A model generated the notes under the pieces. That model saw only the letters and a list, made by a program, of their open reading frames with translations, did not search any database and had not been told where the DNA came from. Of a stretch of 64,000 bases of DNA, positions 17,782 to 27,289 are shown in pieces (positions within the stretch are counted from its first letter, which is position 1; every line of letters starts with the position of its first letter). Source of the stretch: an uncultured Clostridia bacterium (GTDB taxonomy: Bacteria > Bacillota > Clostridia > Christensenellales > CAG-314); NCBI GenBank assembly GCA_947625725.1, contig CANQPI010000007.1, positions 2,168-66,167 on the forward strand, written 5' to 3'. A program made the translations under genes and the position numbers.

Positions 17782-18661
17782 TCAAAACCGCTTCCTTGTC
17801 TTTTTGTAGTTGTGTTACAAGCGCGCGAGCGTTTTCAAAACGTTGCGTTTGCCGCAAAAATTTGCGTATAGACAGTTTGATTTTTTTTCCGTACAAATCT
17901 CCGTCGAAATCCAGCAAATGCGCTTCCACATTGACGCAATTCAAATCGAACGTCGGTTTTTGCCCTATATTCACTATAACGCGGTACTGCTTGCCGTTCA
18001 CGACAGTTGTCGCGCCGTAAACGCCCAACGGCAAAAATTTTTCGCCGTCAACCGATATGTTCGCGGTGGGAAAGCCCAACCGATTGCCCAAATGCCTGCC
18101 GCAAACCACCGTTCCCTCGACGAAAAAGTCCTCCGACAGCAATTCGTTGGCTTGCTCGACGTTGTTTTCTTTCAAATAAGAGCGCACCAGCGTTGTGCTT
18201 ATTTTTTGTCCGTTTCGGCACACGGGCTCTACCACGTCAACCGAACAAATGCCCGCAAGTTGTCTGCGCAAAGCGTTGCAATCGGCTCTGTCGCTGCCGC
18301 ACGTGTAATCGAAGCCGCAAACGACGCCGCGCAAATCGTAACCGCACAACGCGTCAACAAACTCGCGACCGCTCTTTTGACGAAATTTTTCGTCAAACTC
18401 CGCCGCGACAACATAGTCCACGCCCAAACTTTCGTATATACTCAACCGCTCGTCGAAAGTGTAAACCACTTTGTCTTGTCTGCCCATAACCGCCAAATGA
18501 TTGTTGGAAAAAGTAAACAACGCAACTTTTGCGAAGGTTTGTTCGGCGCGACTCTTTGCCACTTGCAACAGTTTGACATGCCCCGTGTGCATACAGCCGA
18601 AATAGCCCAAACATATAACTATGGGACAATTAAGTTTTTCTTCAAAGCGTACTACTTTCAC
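17774..18661 (-). CDS. ribF: Bifunctional riboflavin kinase / FAD synthetase
   Basis: Track ORF trimmed to a GTG at 18661 (GGGAG upstream, GTGA overlap with the truB stop). Motifs GYFGCMHTGH and GFPTANI. Confidence 0.85.
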   Translation of the reverse strand: MKVVRFEEKLNCPIVICLGYFGCMHTGHVKLLQVAKSRAEQTFAKVALFTFSNNHLAVMGRQDKVVYTFDERLSIYESLGVDYVVAAEFDEKFRQKSGREFVDALCGYDLRGVVCGFDYTCGSDRADCNALRRQLAGICSVDVVEPVCRNGQKISTTLVRSYLKENNVEQANELLSEDFFVEGTVVCGRHLGNRLGFPTANISVDGEKFLPLGVYGATTVVNGKQYRVIVNIGQKPTFDLNCVNVEAHLLDFDGDLYGKKIKLSIRKFLRQTQRFENARALVTQLQKDKEAVLND

Positions 18662-19521
18662 TTTTCTCCCGTTTCGGCGCACCTCAAATAGTAATCCAAT
18701 TTAAGACAGCCGTTGTAACTTTTTCCCAATCCCCAAAATTCGTTTCCGCAATAAATTTTGCGCAGTCCGTCGAAATCCGCGCGAACCGTCCTGCCGCACG
18801 CCAGATCTTTCGAAAAGGCGTCGGGCAAAACAAAGTCTGGCATGTCGCTCAACGGATAAGTGACGTCCAACAGACAATCGACGCCCTTGTCGCGGATCTC
18901 GTCCAACGTGTAAGCGTCGGCAATGTCGAAACGCCCCGAGGACAAACGGATAAGCCCGCTCATAAAGCCCACGGTGTTGCAATTTGCAGCCAAATCTCTC
19001 GCGAGCGACCGAACATAAGTTCCGCCGCTGCACTCGATATCGAAAACAAACGTGTTTTGACTTTGACGTCGCAACAGCGAAAAACGGTACACATCTATAT
19101 TTCTGGGCGAAAGCGTCACCTGCTGTCCGCTCCGCGCAAACTTGTAGGCGCGCACTCCTCCGACGGAGATCGCCGAATATTGCGGCGGTACTTGTTGAAT
19201 TTTTCCCGTAAGTAGCGACGTTGCGCGCGCCAATTCCGCTTCGTCGGGAATTTTGTCGCAGGTATCCGTCACTTCGCCGTAAGCGTCCAACGTATCGGTC
19301 GTTTTGCCAAAGGTAAAAAAGGCTCGGTAATATTTGATTTTGTTGGTCAGCAAATCAAACAATTTGGTCGCTTTCCCCACAGCCACGGGCAGTACGCCGC
19401 TTGCCCCCGGATCCAACGTGCCGAGATGACCTACTTTTTCGTGCAAGATGTGTTTTAGGCAAACCACCACGTCGCTTGCGGTTGCTCCGACGGGTTTTAG
19501 CACATTGACAAATCCGTTCAT
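18658..19521 (-). CDS. truB: tRNA pseudouridine(55) synthase
   Basis: 287-aa ORF with the GHLGTLDPGASGVL catalytic Asp motif. Confidence 0.9.
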   Translation of the reverse strand: MNGFVNVLKPVGATASDVVVCLKHILHEKVGHLGTLDPGASGVLPVAVGKATKLFDLLTNKIKYYRAFFTFGKTTDTLDAYGEVTDTCDKIPDEAELARATSLLTGKIQQVPPQYSAISVGGVRAYKFARSGQQVTLSPRNIDVYRFSLLRRQSQNTFVFDIECSGGTYVRSLARDLAANCNTVGFMSGLIRLSSGRFDIADAYTLDEIRDKGVDCLLDVTYPLSDMPDFVLPDAFSKDLACGRTVRADFDGLRKIYCGNEFWGLGKSYNGCLKLDYYLRCAETGEK

Positions 19522-20483
19522 AGTTCAAAACCAACCGCGCGGACGATTTTTTCTATCACGTCCTCCAAAAATCCGCCGATCATACAGCCCGAGGCAAACT
19601 TGTGACCGCCCCCGCCGAATTGATTGCATACGTTCCTTACGTCGAAATCCTTGCCCCTCATGCTGATTTTGTAGACATTGGGGGAGTATTCAGTGAGCAT
19701 AACGCCCGCGAGCGCGGTATCTACGTTTATCGCAGTCTGCACTATACCCGAGGTTTCGTTCAATGTCGCGCCGAATTCTTTCAAATCGGCTTGCGTCAAA
19801 TACATTACTATGAGCCGACCGTCGAAATAACTTCGCAAATTACTGATCGCGCGCCCCAAAAGTTGTGTTTCGACGAGCGTTGTATCCTTGAAGAACACTC
19901 TGTTGACCTTTTCCGTCTGCGCGCCGTACTGCCACATATCCGCCGCCATCAAAAAGGCGTTTTTGTCGGTGTTGTTGTGCGAAAAGTTGCCCGTATCGGT
20001 GCATAGACCCATGTATAAGTAGGTCGCAATATCCTTGTCTATGGTCAAACGCAATTCTTTCAGTATTTCGTAAACCATCTGACAAGTGCTGGCATAGTTC
20101 GTTACCAGATTGTATTTGGAATAGTAACTGCCGCCGTGATGATCCACGGTGAGAGTTTCGGCAAATCTGTCGTAGACAGGCGAAAACGTTCCCAAGCGAG
20201 AAAGATCGCCGCAGTCCACCGCGATCATAAAGTCGTACTTGCCGTCGAATGTTCCTTTTATCTCGCCTAGTTCGGTAAAATTAGCCAAAAGTTTGTCGCC
20301 GACGGGCGTATCGCAAAAGACGCTTACGCTTTTGCGCATGTTACGCAACGCGACAGCCAATGCGACGGACGCGCCCAACGTATCTCCGTCGGGGTTGGTA
20401 TGAGCAAAAAGCGCAATGCTGTTTTTGCTTGCGATCAAGGCGGCCGCCTCAGCGACCGTTACCGTCTTTTTTGTTGATTTCAT
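19518..20483 (-). CDS. nrnA: DHH-family phosphoesterase (NrnA-type oligoribonuclease/pAp phosphatase)
   Basis: 321-aa ORF with HTNPDGDTLGA, VDHHGG and FGGGGHKFASG motifs. Confidence 0.8.
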   Translation of the reverse strand: MKSTKKTVTVAEAAALIASKNSIALFAHTNPDGDTLGASVALAVALRNMRKSVSVFCDTPVGDKLLANFTELGEIKGTFDGKYDFMIAVDCGDLSRLGTFSPVYDRFAETLTVDHHGGSYYSKYNLVTNYASTCQMVYEILKELRLTIDKDIATYLYMGLCTDTGNFSHNNTDKNAFLMAADMWQYGAQTEKVNRVFFKDTTLVETQLLGRAISNLRSYFDGRLIVMYLTQADLKEFGATLNETSGIVQTAINVDTALAGVMLTEYSPNVYKISMRGKDFDVRNVCNQFGGGGHKFASGCMIGGFLEDVIEKIVRAVGFEL

Positions 20484-20811
20484 AGAGCAACTCGTCTATT
20501 TTTTGACCGTATTCCATAGATGTATCCGAAACAAAGCGGAATTCCGGAACTTTGCGTATGTGCATCGATTTGGAAATTTCTCTGCGAATTAACGGTTCGT
20601 TTTCCTTTATCGCGGTAAAAGTGTTTGCGGCTTTGGCGGGGTCAACGGAATAAACGCTGACGTACACTTTGGCAGAGGACAATTCCTTGTCGCAGTCAAC
20701 GTCCAAAATCGTAAACATCTCGGTTATACGCGGGTCTTTGACCTTTTTGGTGAGTATTTCCACGATCAACCGCTTAAACTCCGAATTAAGTTTGTCTGTT
20801 CTCACATTCAT
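20449..20811 (-). CDS. rbfA: Ribosome-binding factor A
   Basis: 120-aa ORF with RbfA-like sequence (..[27 protein letters not shown]..). ATGA overlap with the infB stop. Confidence 0.9.
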   Translation of the reverse strand: MNVRTDKLNSEFKRLIVEILTKKVKDPRITEMFTILDVDCDKELSSAKVYVSVYSVDPAKAANTFTAIKENEPLIRREISKSMHIRKVPEFRFVSDTSMEYGQKIDELLYEINKKDGNGR

Positions 20812-23369
20812 TGCTCGATTTCTTCCATTTGATAAATTTCAAACACGTCGCCGACCTTGATGTCGTTGTAATTCTCTATCGAAATACCGCACTCGTAGCC
20901 CGACGCAACTTCCTTTACGTCGTCTTTGAAACGCTTCAACGCGAGAATGTTGCCGTCGTAAATGCTGACGTCGTTGCGATAAATACGAACTTTGCCGCTA
21001 CGCACAACTTTGCCGTTGGTCACATAGCAACCCGCAACAGACCCAACGCCCGTGATCTTGAATACCTCGCGCACTTCCGCACTGCCCAAAACTTGTTCGC
21101 GGAACTTGGGCGCAAGCATTCCTTTCATTGCGGACGTAACGTCGTCCACCGCGTCGTAAATGACGTTGTACAAACGCACGTCAACGCCCTCTTTTTCGGC
21201 GAGGGCCTTTGCGTTGTTGTCGGCGCGCACGTTAAACCCGATTATGATAGCGTCGGAGGCTTTTGCCAACATAACGTCCGTTTCGGTGATCGCGCCCACG
21301 CCCCCGTGGATCGCGCTGACTTTCACTTCGTCGTTGGAGATCTTTTCCAAACTGCTTTTCAACGCTTCCAAACTGCCTTGAACGTCGGTTTTGATGATAA
21401 TGTTGAGCGTTTTGAGTTGACCTTCGGAAATACGTCCGAACAAATCTCCCAGACTGATAGAGGGGGTTTGGCGAGCGTTTTCCAATTTGATTTTGTTTTT
21501 GCGTTCTTCCGCCGCCTTTTTGACGAGTTTTTCGTCTGCCACGTACATATAGTCGCCCGCTTGCGGAACTTCGGAAAAGCCCAGCACCTCTACCGGCATG
21601 GAGGGTCCCGCGCTCTTTACCTTGCGCCCCTTGTCGTCGAACATTGCACGAATTTTGCCCGTGGCATACCCCGCAATGAGGCTGTCGCCGACGTACAACG
21701 TACCGTTACTGACAAGCACGGTCGCAACGGGACCTCTGCCCTTGTCCAACTTGGCTTCCAAAACGGTACCCGTGGCACGTTTGGCGGGATTGGCTTTGAG
21801 ATCCTTGATTTCCGTAACAAGCAACAGACTTTCCAACAACTTGTCAAGTCCCATTCCCGTTTTGGCGGAAACAGGCACCATTATCGTGTCGCCGCCCCAT
21901 TCTTCGGGAACGAGTTCGTACTCCGTCAATTGTTGTTTTACCCTGTCGGGATCGACGTGCGGCTTGTCCATCTTGTTGATGGCGACGACAATGGAAACGC
22001 CCGCGGCCTTGGCATGGTTGATAGCCTCGATCGTTTGCGGCATAACGCCGTCGTCTGCGGCTACGACAATGATCGCAACGTCGGTGATTTTCGCGCCGCG
22101 AGCGCGCATTGCGGTAAACGCCGCGTGTCCCGGCGTGTCGATAAAGGTAATCGTTTCGCCGTTTGCCGTGACCGTATATGCGCCGATATGTTGCGTGATG
22201 CCGCCCGCCTCTCCCTCGGTAACGTTTGTGTTGCGGATAGCGTCCAGCAACGACGTTTTGCCGTGGTCAACGTGTCCCATTACCGTTACAATGGGAGGAC
22301 GTTTGGTATTGTTTTCCAATCCGTCGTCGGCGTCCGCTTCTTTCAAAATAATGTCTTCGGCAGTCTGTTCTTCCTTTAACTCCAACGTTACGCCGTGCAG
22401 ACCCGCGATATACTCCGCATAGTCAAAGTCCACGGTATCGTTGATGGTTTTCATTATACCCTCTTTGAACAGTTGCTTGATTATCTCCGACGCGGATACG
22501 CCTATGCGTTCGCTGAGCAACTTGATCGGAACTTCCTTGTCGTTGACGACGGCATGGGTAATTTTGGGAGCGGTAACGACCGTCGTTTCCGTCTTTTTGG
22601 TGCGCGCGCGCCTTACTACTCTGTCCTCGTCGTAGTCCGCCGAGTAATCGCGCGTGAGCAATATCTTTTTGGAGTTCACCTGACGTTTTTCGTCGGGATG
22701 ATCCTTGGTTTTGTTTTTGTTGCCGTGAGATTTTTGCGGCGCGTTTTGCGGAATATCTATTGCGGGAACAAATTTCTTTGCTCCTTGTTGCGACCGCTGT
22801 TGAGAACGCGCGCCTTGATCGTCTTTGCCGCTCGGTTTGTTCCCCGCGCCCTGCGACTTGCCGCCCTGCGGACGCTCACGCTTGGCGTTGCCGCCCGAGG
22901 AAGACGTCTTTTTGACGGGGTTGAGATCAATGAAAGTACGTATCTTGATATTACCTTTTTCGTCGGTGTACTTTTTGATCTCTCTGCCGTTTTCGACGAT
23001 AGTTTCCACGCTCACTTTGGGCTTGACTTCTTCCGTGGGAGCGGGTTTTTCCTCCTCTTTGACCGTCGGCTCGACTGTTTGCGGTTGTTGCTGTTCCTCG
23101 ACCGTCGGCTCGACAACGGGTTCGACGATCGGCTCTTGCACGACTTCCGCCGCTTCGTTTTGAGTCGCAAGTTCGTTTGCCGCCGCTTCCATTTCCTGCT
23201 GTCTGAATTCGATCCTCTTTTGCTGAATGGTTTCGGACAAAGCGTTGGCGCGTTGCTTGACGTTGGACAACGTTTGTTGCAACGCGCGAGCGACGTTCAA
23301 AACGTTCGATTTGACCGTTTTGACGTTTTCAAAACTTCTCGGTTTTTGTGTATTAGTTGTATTTGCCAT
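20808..23369 (-). CDS. infB: Translation initiation factor IF-2
   Basis: Track ORF 20808..23585 trimmed to [13 protein letters not shown].. (ATG 23369, GGAGGAAAAAT RBS). G-domain motifs [21 protein letters not shown]. Confidence 0.95.
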   Translation of the reverse strand: MANTTNTQKPRSFENVKTVKSNVLNVARALQQTLSNVKQRANALSETIQQKRIEFRQQEMEAAANELATQNEAAEVVQEPIVEPVVEPTVEEQQQPQTVEPTVKEEEKPAPTEEVKPKVSVETIVENGREIKKYTDEKGNIKIRTFIDLNPVKKTSSSGGNAKRERPQGGKSQGAGNKPSGKDDQGARSQQRSQQGAKKFVPAIDIPQNAPQKSHGNKNKTKDHPDEKRQVNSKKILLTRDYSADYDEDRVVRRARTKKTETTVVTAPKITHAVVNDKEVPIKLLSERIGVSASEIIKQLFKEGIMKTINDTVDFDYAEYIAGLHGVTLELKEEQTAEDIILKEADADDGLENNTKRPPIVTVMGHVDHGKTSLLDAIRNTNVTEGEAGGITQHIGAYTVTANGETITFIDTPGHAAFTAMRARGAKITDVAIIVVAADDGVMPQTIEAINHAKAAGVSIVVAINKMDKPHVDPDRVKQQLTEYELVPEEWGGDTIMVPVSAKTGMGLDKLLESLLLVTEIKDLKANPAKRATGTVLEAKLDKGRGPVATVLVSNGTLYVGDSLIAGYATGKIRAMFDDKGRKVKSAGPSMPVEVLGFSEVPQAGDYMYVADEKLVKKAAEERKNKIKLENARQTPSISLGDLFGRISEGQLKTLNIIIKTDVQGSLEALKSSLEKISNDEVKVSAIHGGVGAITETDVMLAKASDAIIIGFNVRADNNAKALAEKEGVDVRLYNVIYDAVDDVTSAMKGMLAPKFREQVLGSAEVREVFKITGVGSVAGCYVTNGKVVRSGKVRIYRNDVSIYDGNILALKRFKDDVKEVASGYECGISIENYNDIKVGDVFEIYQMEEIEQ

Positions 23370-23386
23370 ATTTTTCCTCCCGGCAT

Positions 23387-23665
23387 CTACATCAAATTCT
23401 TTATTGCGTCGGCTAACGATTTGTCGCAAATAGCCAATGCTTTGCAATTTCTCTTTGCAAGGATACTGTATTCGTCGATTTGCAACAACGGACAACCCGT
23501 TCGCTTGGCGACAAGTTGCAAAACCGACTGCGAATTGTCCGACAAATCGGCGGTGTACAGCAACAAACAGGGTTTTTTGCGGCACGCCTTGATATTGTCC
23601 ACGCCGAACAGTACCGAACCTTTCTTTATGGCGAAGCCGATATAAGTTTCTATTTTACCGTTCAA
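23387..23665 (-). CDS. ylxQ: L7Ae-family RNA-binding protein YlxQ
   Basis: 92-aa ORF with a TTG start and GGAG upstream. Position between ylxR and infB. Confidence 0.75.
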   Translation of the reverse strand: MNGKIETYIGFAIKKGSVLFGVDNIKACRKKPCLLLYTADLSDNSQSVLQLVAKRTGCPLLQIDEYSILAKRNCKALAICDKSLADAIKNLM

Positions 23666-23912
23666 TCAAGTTCTCCAATTGTTCCGCGACGCTTTCCAGC
23701 GAAAAGCCGTGTTGCTTGACAAAGCCTTTTTTTTGCGCTTTCGCGATACATTCTCGGCATTTGCAAAGGTACACGCCTCTGCCGTTGAGTTTGCCGCTCA
23801 GATCCACCACAACGCCGTCGGGGGTGTTTACGATCCTAATCAAAGCGTTTTTCGGTTTCATCTGACGGCAGATCACGCACATACGCTCGGGCGTTTTTTT
23901 GACAGTACTCAC
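23655..23912 (-). CDS. ylxR: YlxR (DUF448) RNA-binding protein
   Basis: 85-aa ORF with a GTG start. ..PERMCVICRQMKPKNALIRIV..NGRGVYLC.. typical of YlxR. Sits downstream of nusA. Confidence 0.8.
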   Translation of the reverse strand: MSTVKKTPERMCVICRQMKPKNALIRIVNTPDGVVVDLSGKLNGRGVYLCKCRECIAKAQKKGFVKQHGFSLESVAEQLENLIER

Positions 23913-23918
23913 GTCCTA

Positions 23919-24995
23919 TCACTCTCCGTCGCTATCGAACATACCGCTTTGAAGCGCGGCGGTATAGGATTTTACGTCTATCTTCCAACCCGTCAAACGA
24001 GCGGCAAGACGAGCGTTTTGTCCCTCTTTGCCAATGGCGAGCGACAGTTTTTCGTCGGGAACGACGACTTTCGCTTCCTTGGCTTCCTCATCCGCCTGCA
24101 CTATCAATACCTTTGCGGGGGACAGGGCGCGCGCAATGTAATCGAGAATATCGCTGCTCCAAGGAATGATGTCGATCTTTTCTCCGCCGATCTCGGCGAC
24201 AATGGCGTTTACGCGGATACCCTTGTTGCCGACGCATGCGCCCACCGCGTCAATATCGGGGTCGGTGGAATACACCGCCATTTTTGTACGGAAGCCCGCC
24301 TCGCGCACGATACTTTTGATTTGTACGATCTCGGCGCGGATCTCGGGCACTTCGTTTTCGAACAAACGCTTGATAAACATATAACTTGCGCGGGACAAAA
24401 TGACCTGCGTACCGCCTATGCCTTCGCGTACGCGCTTGACAAGCACCTTGATTTTGTCGCCGACGTGAAATTTTTCGCCGGGGATCTGCTCCTGTACGGT
24501 AAGCACGCCTTCCATTTGATTTTTACCGATTTCGACATAGATCGTTCCGTCGTCCTTGACGCGAGAAACAATACCGATGATCAATTCGTTTTCCTTGTCC
24601 ATATATTGGCTGTAAGTGGCGTCTTTTTCCACCTGGTGCAAACTGTTTTTGATGACCTGAACGGCATTTTGAGCGGCAATACGACTGAAATTGTGAGGAT
24701 TGATCTCCGTCAAAACTTCGTCGCCGATTTTGTAAGATTTTTTTATTGCCTGCGCGTCTTCGAGAGAAATTTCCTTTTCGGGAGTTTCGACCGTTTCCAC
24801 CACGGTTTTGCTGATGTAAATTTTGATAGTGGTTTTTTCGGGATTGATTTTTACGACAATGTTAGACGCCTCTCCGTAGTTCTTTTTGCATGCAATTGTC
24901 AATGCCGTTTCCAAGGATTCGATAACCTTTTCTTTGCTGATACCTTTTGTTTCTTCAAGTTCGTCCAGTGCAAGAAAGAATTCTTTGCTGATCAT
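23919..24995 (-). CDS. nusA: Transcription termination/antitermination factor NusA
   Basis: 358-aa ORF with the NusA N-terminal, S1 and two KH regions (..VGACVGNKGIRV..). AGGAGG RBS. Confidence 0.95.
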   Translation of the reverse strand: MISKEFFLALDELEETKGISKEKVIESLETALTIACKKNYGEASNIVVKINPEKTTIKIYISKTVVETVETPEKEISLEDAQAIKKSYKIGDEVLTEINPHNFSRIAAQNAVQVIKNSLHQVEKDATYSQYMDKENELIIGIVSRVKDDGTIYVEIGKNQMEGVLTVQEQIPGEKFHVGDKIKVLVKRVREGIGGTQVILSRASYMFIKRLFENEVPEIRAEIVQIKSIVREAGFRTKMAVYSTDPDIDAVGACVGNKGIRVNAIVAEIGGEKIDIIPWSSDILDYIARALSPAKVLIVQADEEAKEAKVVVPDEKLSLAIGKEGQNARLAARLTGWKIDVKSYTAALQSGMFDSDGE

Positions 24996-25006
24996 GATTG
25001 TTCCTC

Positions 25007-25465
25007 CTAAAACTCGATAATCGGCTCTACTTTTGCCGTATCTTTTTTGTAAAATGAAATTTGTTTTCCTTTTTCCGTTTCAACGGTGAACGCGTCGTCG
25101 TCGTAACCGACCAACACGCCGCTGAAAGTTTTTTTGCCGTCGCGCGGACTGTAAAGTTTTACGGAAATTTTTCTGTTGAGATTTCGTCGGTAGTCCCTTT
25201 CCGTTTTGAGCGGACGGTCTATCCCCGGCGAGGAAACGTTGAGCGTATAGGACTCCGCTATTGGGTCCAATTCATCCAACGGAGCGTCGATGGCTCGGTG
25301 CAATCTTTCGCAATCGTCGATCGTTACGCCGCCGTCCTTGTCGATAACTACCGTCAGGTTCATTCCGTCAAACTTTTTTTCGTACAGAACTTCGATCACT
25401 TCCAACCCCAACCGCCGAGCGATGGGATCGACCAGAGCGAATACCTGTTCGGAAATTTTTCCCAT
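25007..25465 (-). CDS. rimP: Ribosome maturation factor RimP
   Basis: 152-aa ORF with ..LNVSSPGIDRPL.. AGGAGG RBS. First gene of the rimP-nusA-infB operon. Confidence 0.9.
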   Translation of the reverse strand: MGKISEQVFALVDPIARRLGLEVIEVLYEKKFDGMNLTVVIDKDGGVTIDDCERLHRAIDAPLDELDPIAESYTLNVSSPGIDRPLKTERDYRRNLNRKISVKLYSPRDGKKTFSGVLVGYDDDAFTVETEKGKQISFYKKDTAKVEPIIEF

Positions 25466-25486
25466 AAAACCTCCTTACATCAAGTT

Positions 25487-25510
25487 GAGAGTGGAGAAAC
25501 CTCCACTCTC
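25487..25510 (-). other. Perfect 10-bp hairpin in the rimP 5' leader
   Basis: Reverse strand reads GAGAGUGGAG-guuu-CUCCACUCUC, ending about 13 nt before the AGGAGG RBS. No U-tract follows. Confidence 0.4.
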
Positions 25511-25596
25511 ACCAAATAACGATTAAATGGCGATTCGTGTACGACTTGCACGCAAGCGCAAACCGTATGTAACAAATTTCTCAATTTGTCAAGTTA

Positions 25597-25625
25597 ATTA
25601 TACCACAGCAAATCGCGTTTGACAA
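25597..25625 (-). promoter_or_regulatory. Sigma-A-type promoter for rimP-nusA-infB (TTGTCA-17-TATAAT with TG extension)
   Basis: On the reverse strand, -35 TTGTCA is at 25625-20 and -10 TATAAT at 25602-25597, with a 17-nt spacer ending in TGG. Confidence 0.55.
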
Positions 25626-25648
25626 GTATTTATATAAAAATAGATAAA

Positions 25649-27289
25649 TTACTTGGATTTCGAGTTCAAAAAAGCAATACATTTGGCAACGGCAAGCGCG
25701 GTATCGCGGCATAACACGGTGCTGTTGTACGAAACTTTGCATTTTTTTGTCAAGTCTTCGAGTCGGGCGACGTTTACGCTTGTCGAACTCAACGCGCTTC
25801 CGTTCCAAAGCGCGTCCAACAACTCGTTTTGCGCGACGGTTTTGTTGGCAAAGCGGTAATTCATCGGAGCAGCATAGTAGTTTAGCAGATCCAACGTCTG
25901 AGTCAAATCGTTGCCGACCAATTCAAATCCGTACAAAAATTTGTACAGGTCGGAAATTATTTCCGTCAGCGTCGGATAGAATATAAGTTTGTTTTGAGCA
26001 AGTCCGCACGCTTTGAGCGCATGCTCGTCGATCTCTTTTTCGGGGTTTACGTAACCGAACAGCCTTTGAGTGACATGTCCGCGTTCGACTTTTACGGCGC
26101 AAATTGCATAGAGTTTGTCCTCTATCACTTTGCCGAAACCCGTCGAGTTGACGTGCAACACCGCCAACTTTCTGTCGGCGACGAGGGGACTTTCGGAATC
26201 GAAGTCCACAAAATTTATCTGCCTGTATTCCGTGCAATCTTCGGGCTGTATCAAAATATAATCGTCGGCGACTTTGCGGTTGAATTGCGCCGAGGGCGAA
26301 ACGGGATCTATTTTGCATCTGCACAGGTCGTAAACGCGCATTTCCAACTGACCGTTCAGATCGTACGCCACCTTTCCCCTCACGACGACGGAAGAATTGT
26401 CGGCGAGCCAGGTAATTTCTTTCAACTTTTTGTCGTTTGCCAAAATGCGCTTTTGCGAGAGCGTCTTTGCTTCCGCCTCGCCGCGCCCCGTTTCGCTCAT
26501 GATGGTTTGGACGTCGGTAATTTGCATGTTGACAAATACCACGCAGGAGATGGTTGCGCCGCTTGCGTCCGTCAAAGCGAACTTGCATAAGTACAACAAC
26601 GGGTTATTTTTGGCTTGACGGCAGGTTTTGCCTGAAACCGTTCCGCAAATTACGCAACTATCCGCGGGATTGCGCAGATCCGAAATGTACATAGGGTCGG
26701 AGGAAATGACTTTTCCGATCAGCGGGTCGCAACCGCTTACGTGAAAAAATCTCGACGGTTTGAGCAATTCCTTGTTAATTGCAAGTTGAACGAGTTTTTC
26801 CTGCTCGGTCAGATCGGACGACGAGCCGCTTTCGTCGGTGACGAAAGAAAAATCTATCGCGTAACTTGTGTAATCTTTGTAGTGATCGTTCAAAATTTCG
26901 GCGAACTCGACGTTTTCCAGATTTTTTTCGGTGACGGCGTCCACATTGATTTTGACGTCGATATGTCGTCCGTCTATTTTCACGTTGATCTTGTTTTTGT
27001 TTACGTTTACGAAAACGGGAAAGCGCGTTTTGATAAATTCCGTAAGATTGCGGGTAAAACTTACTTGACTGAACACATCTTCGACAATGCGCAACGAATA
27101 AAAGTACCCTTTGGGCAACAGCGAAGAAACGATTTCCTCTATACGCGAGCGGACGGATCGATCGAGGGAAGTCGCGTCGGGGTAAGAAAGCGTGCAAAAC
27201 ACCGTGCGTTGCTGTTTGTCCACACGGATCTCCCTGATACGCATATCGGCAAGTTGCGGTATTTGCTTGTGAATTTCGTCAATTATCAT
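25649..27289 (-). CDS. PolC N-terminal-region homologue: N-terminal domain + OB fold + degenerate DnaQ-like exonuclease domain; no PHP or polymerase core
   Basis: 546-aa ORF occupying the polC slot (ispG/rseP upstream, rimP downstream). Residues about 205-325 match the PolC OB fold (..VICGTVSG..FALTDASGATISCVVF..VVVRGKVAYDLNGQLEMRVYDL). Residues about 373-546 align with the PolC exonuclease, but its motifs are altered: LAVLHVNSTGFG (D-x-E becomes H-x-N), ELVGNDLTQTLD and VLCRDTALAVAKC. The call as a real CDS is strong. The functional label is inference. Confidence 0.6.
   Translation of the reverse strand: MIIDEIHKQIPQLADMRIREIRVDKQQRTVFCTLSYPDATSLDRSVRSRIEEIVSSLLPKGYFYSLRIVEDVFSQVSFTRNLTEFIKTRFPVFVNVNKNKINVKIDGRHIDVKINVDAVTEKNLENVEFAEILNDHYKDYTSYAIDFSFVTDESGSSSDLTEQEKLVQLAINKELLKPSRFFHVSGCDPLIGKVISSDPMYISDLRNPADSCVICGTVSGKTCRQAKNNPLLYLCKFALTDASGATISCVVFVNMQITDVQTIMSETGRGEAEAKTLSQKRILANDKKLKEITWLADNSSVVVRGKVAYDLNGQLEMRVYDLCRCKIDPVSPSAQFNRKVADDYILIQPEDCTEYRQINFVDFDSESPLVADRKLAVLHVNSTGFGKVIEDKLYAICAVKVERGHVTQRLFGYVNPEKEIDEHALKACGLAQNKLIFYPTLTEIISDLYKFLYGFELVGNDLTQTLDLLNYYAAPMNYRFANKTVAQNELLDALWNGSALSSTSVNVARLEDLTKKCKVSYNSTVLCRDTALAVAKCIAFLNSKSK

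Noticed and set aside
20811-22379. Very long plus-strand ORFs antisense to real genes: 522 aa opposite infB, 416 aa at 22395-23645, 443 aa opposite nusA (23679-25010), 561 aa opposite smc (59821-61506), 330 aa opposite trmFO, and many others.
   Set aside because: Each lies entirely inside a minus-strand gene with unmistakable family motifs. Their products are low-complexity and rich in F/V/R/L, have no RBS or recognisable domains, and are the usual stop-poor antisense frames produced by codon bias.
25649-27289. The short PolC-like ORF as an assembly artefact or a frameshifted polC pseudogene.
   Set aside because: The ORF ends at a clean stop. It is followed by only 183 nt, which contain a near-consensus promoter and the rimP leader, so there is no room for polymerase remnants and no frame breaks inside the ORF. 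A pseudogene origin cannot be fully excluded without comparative data.
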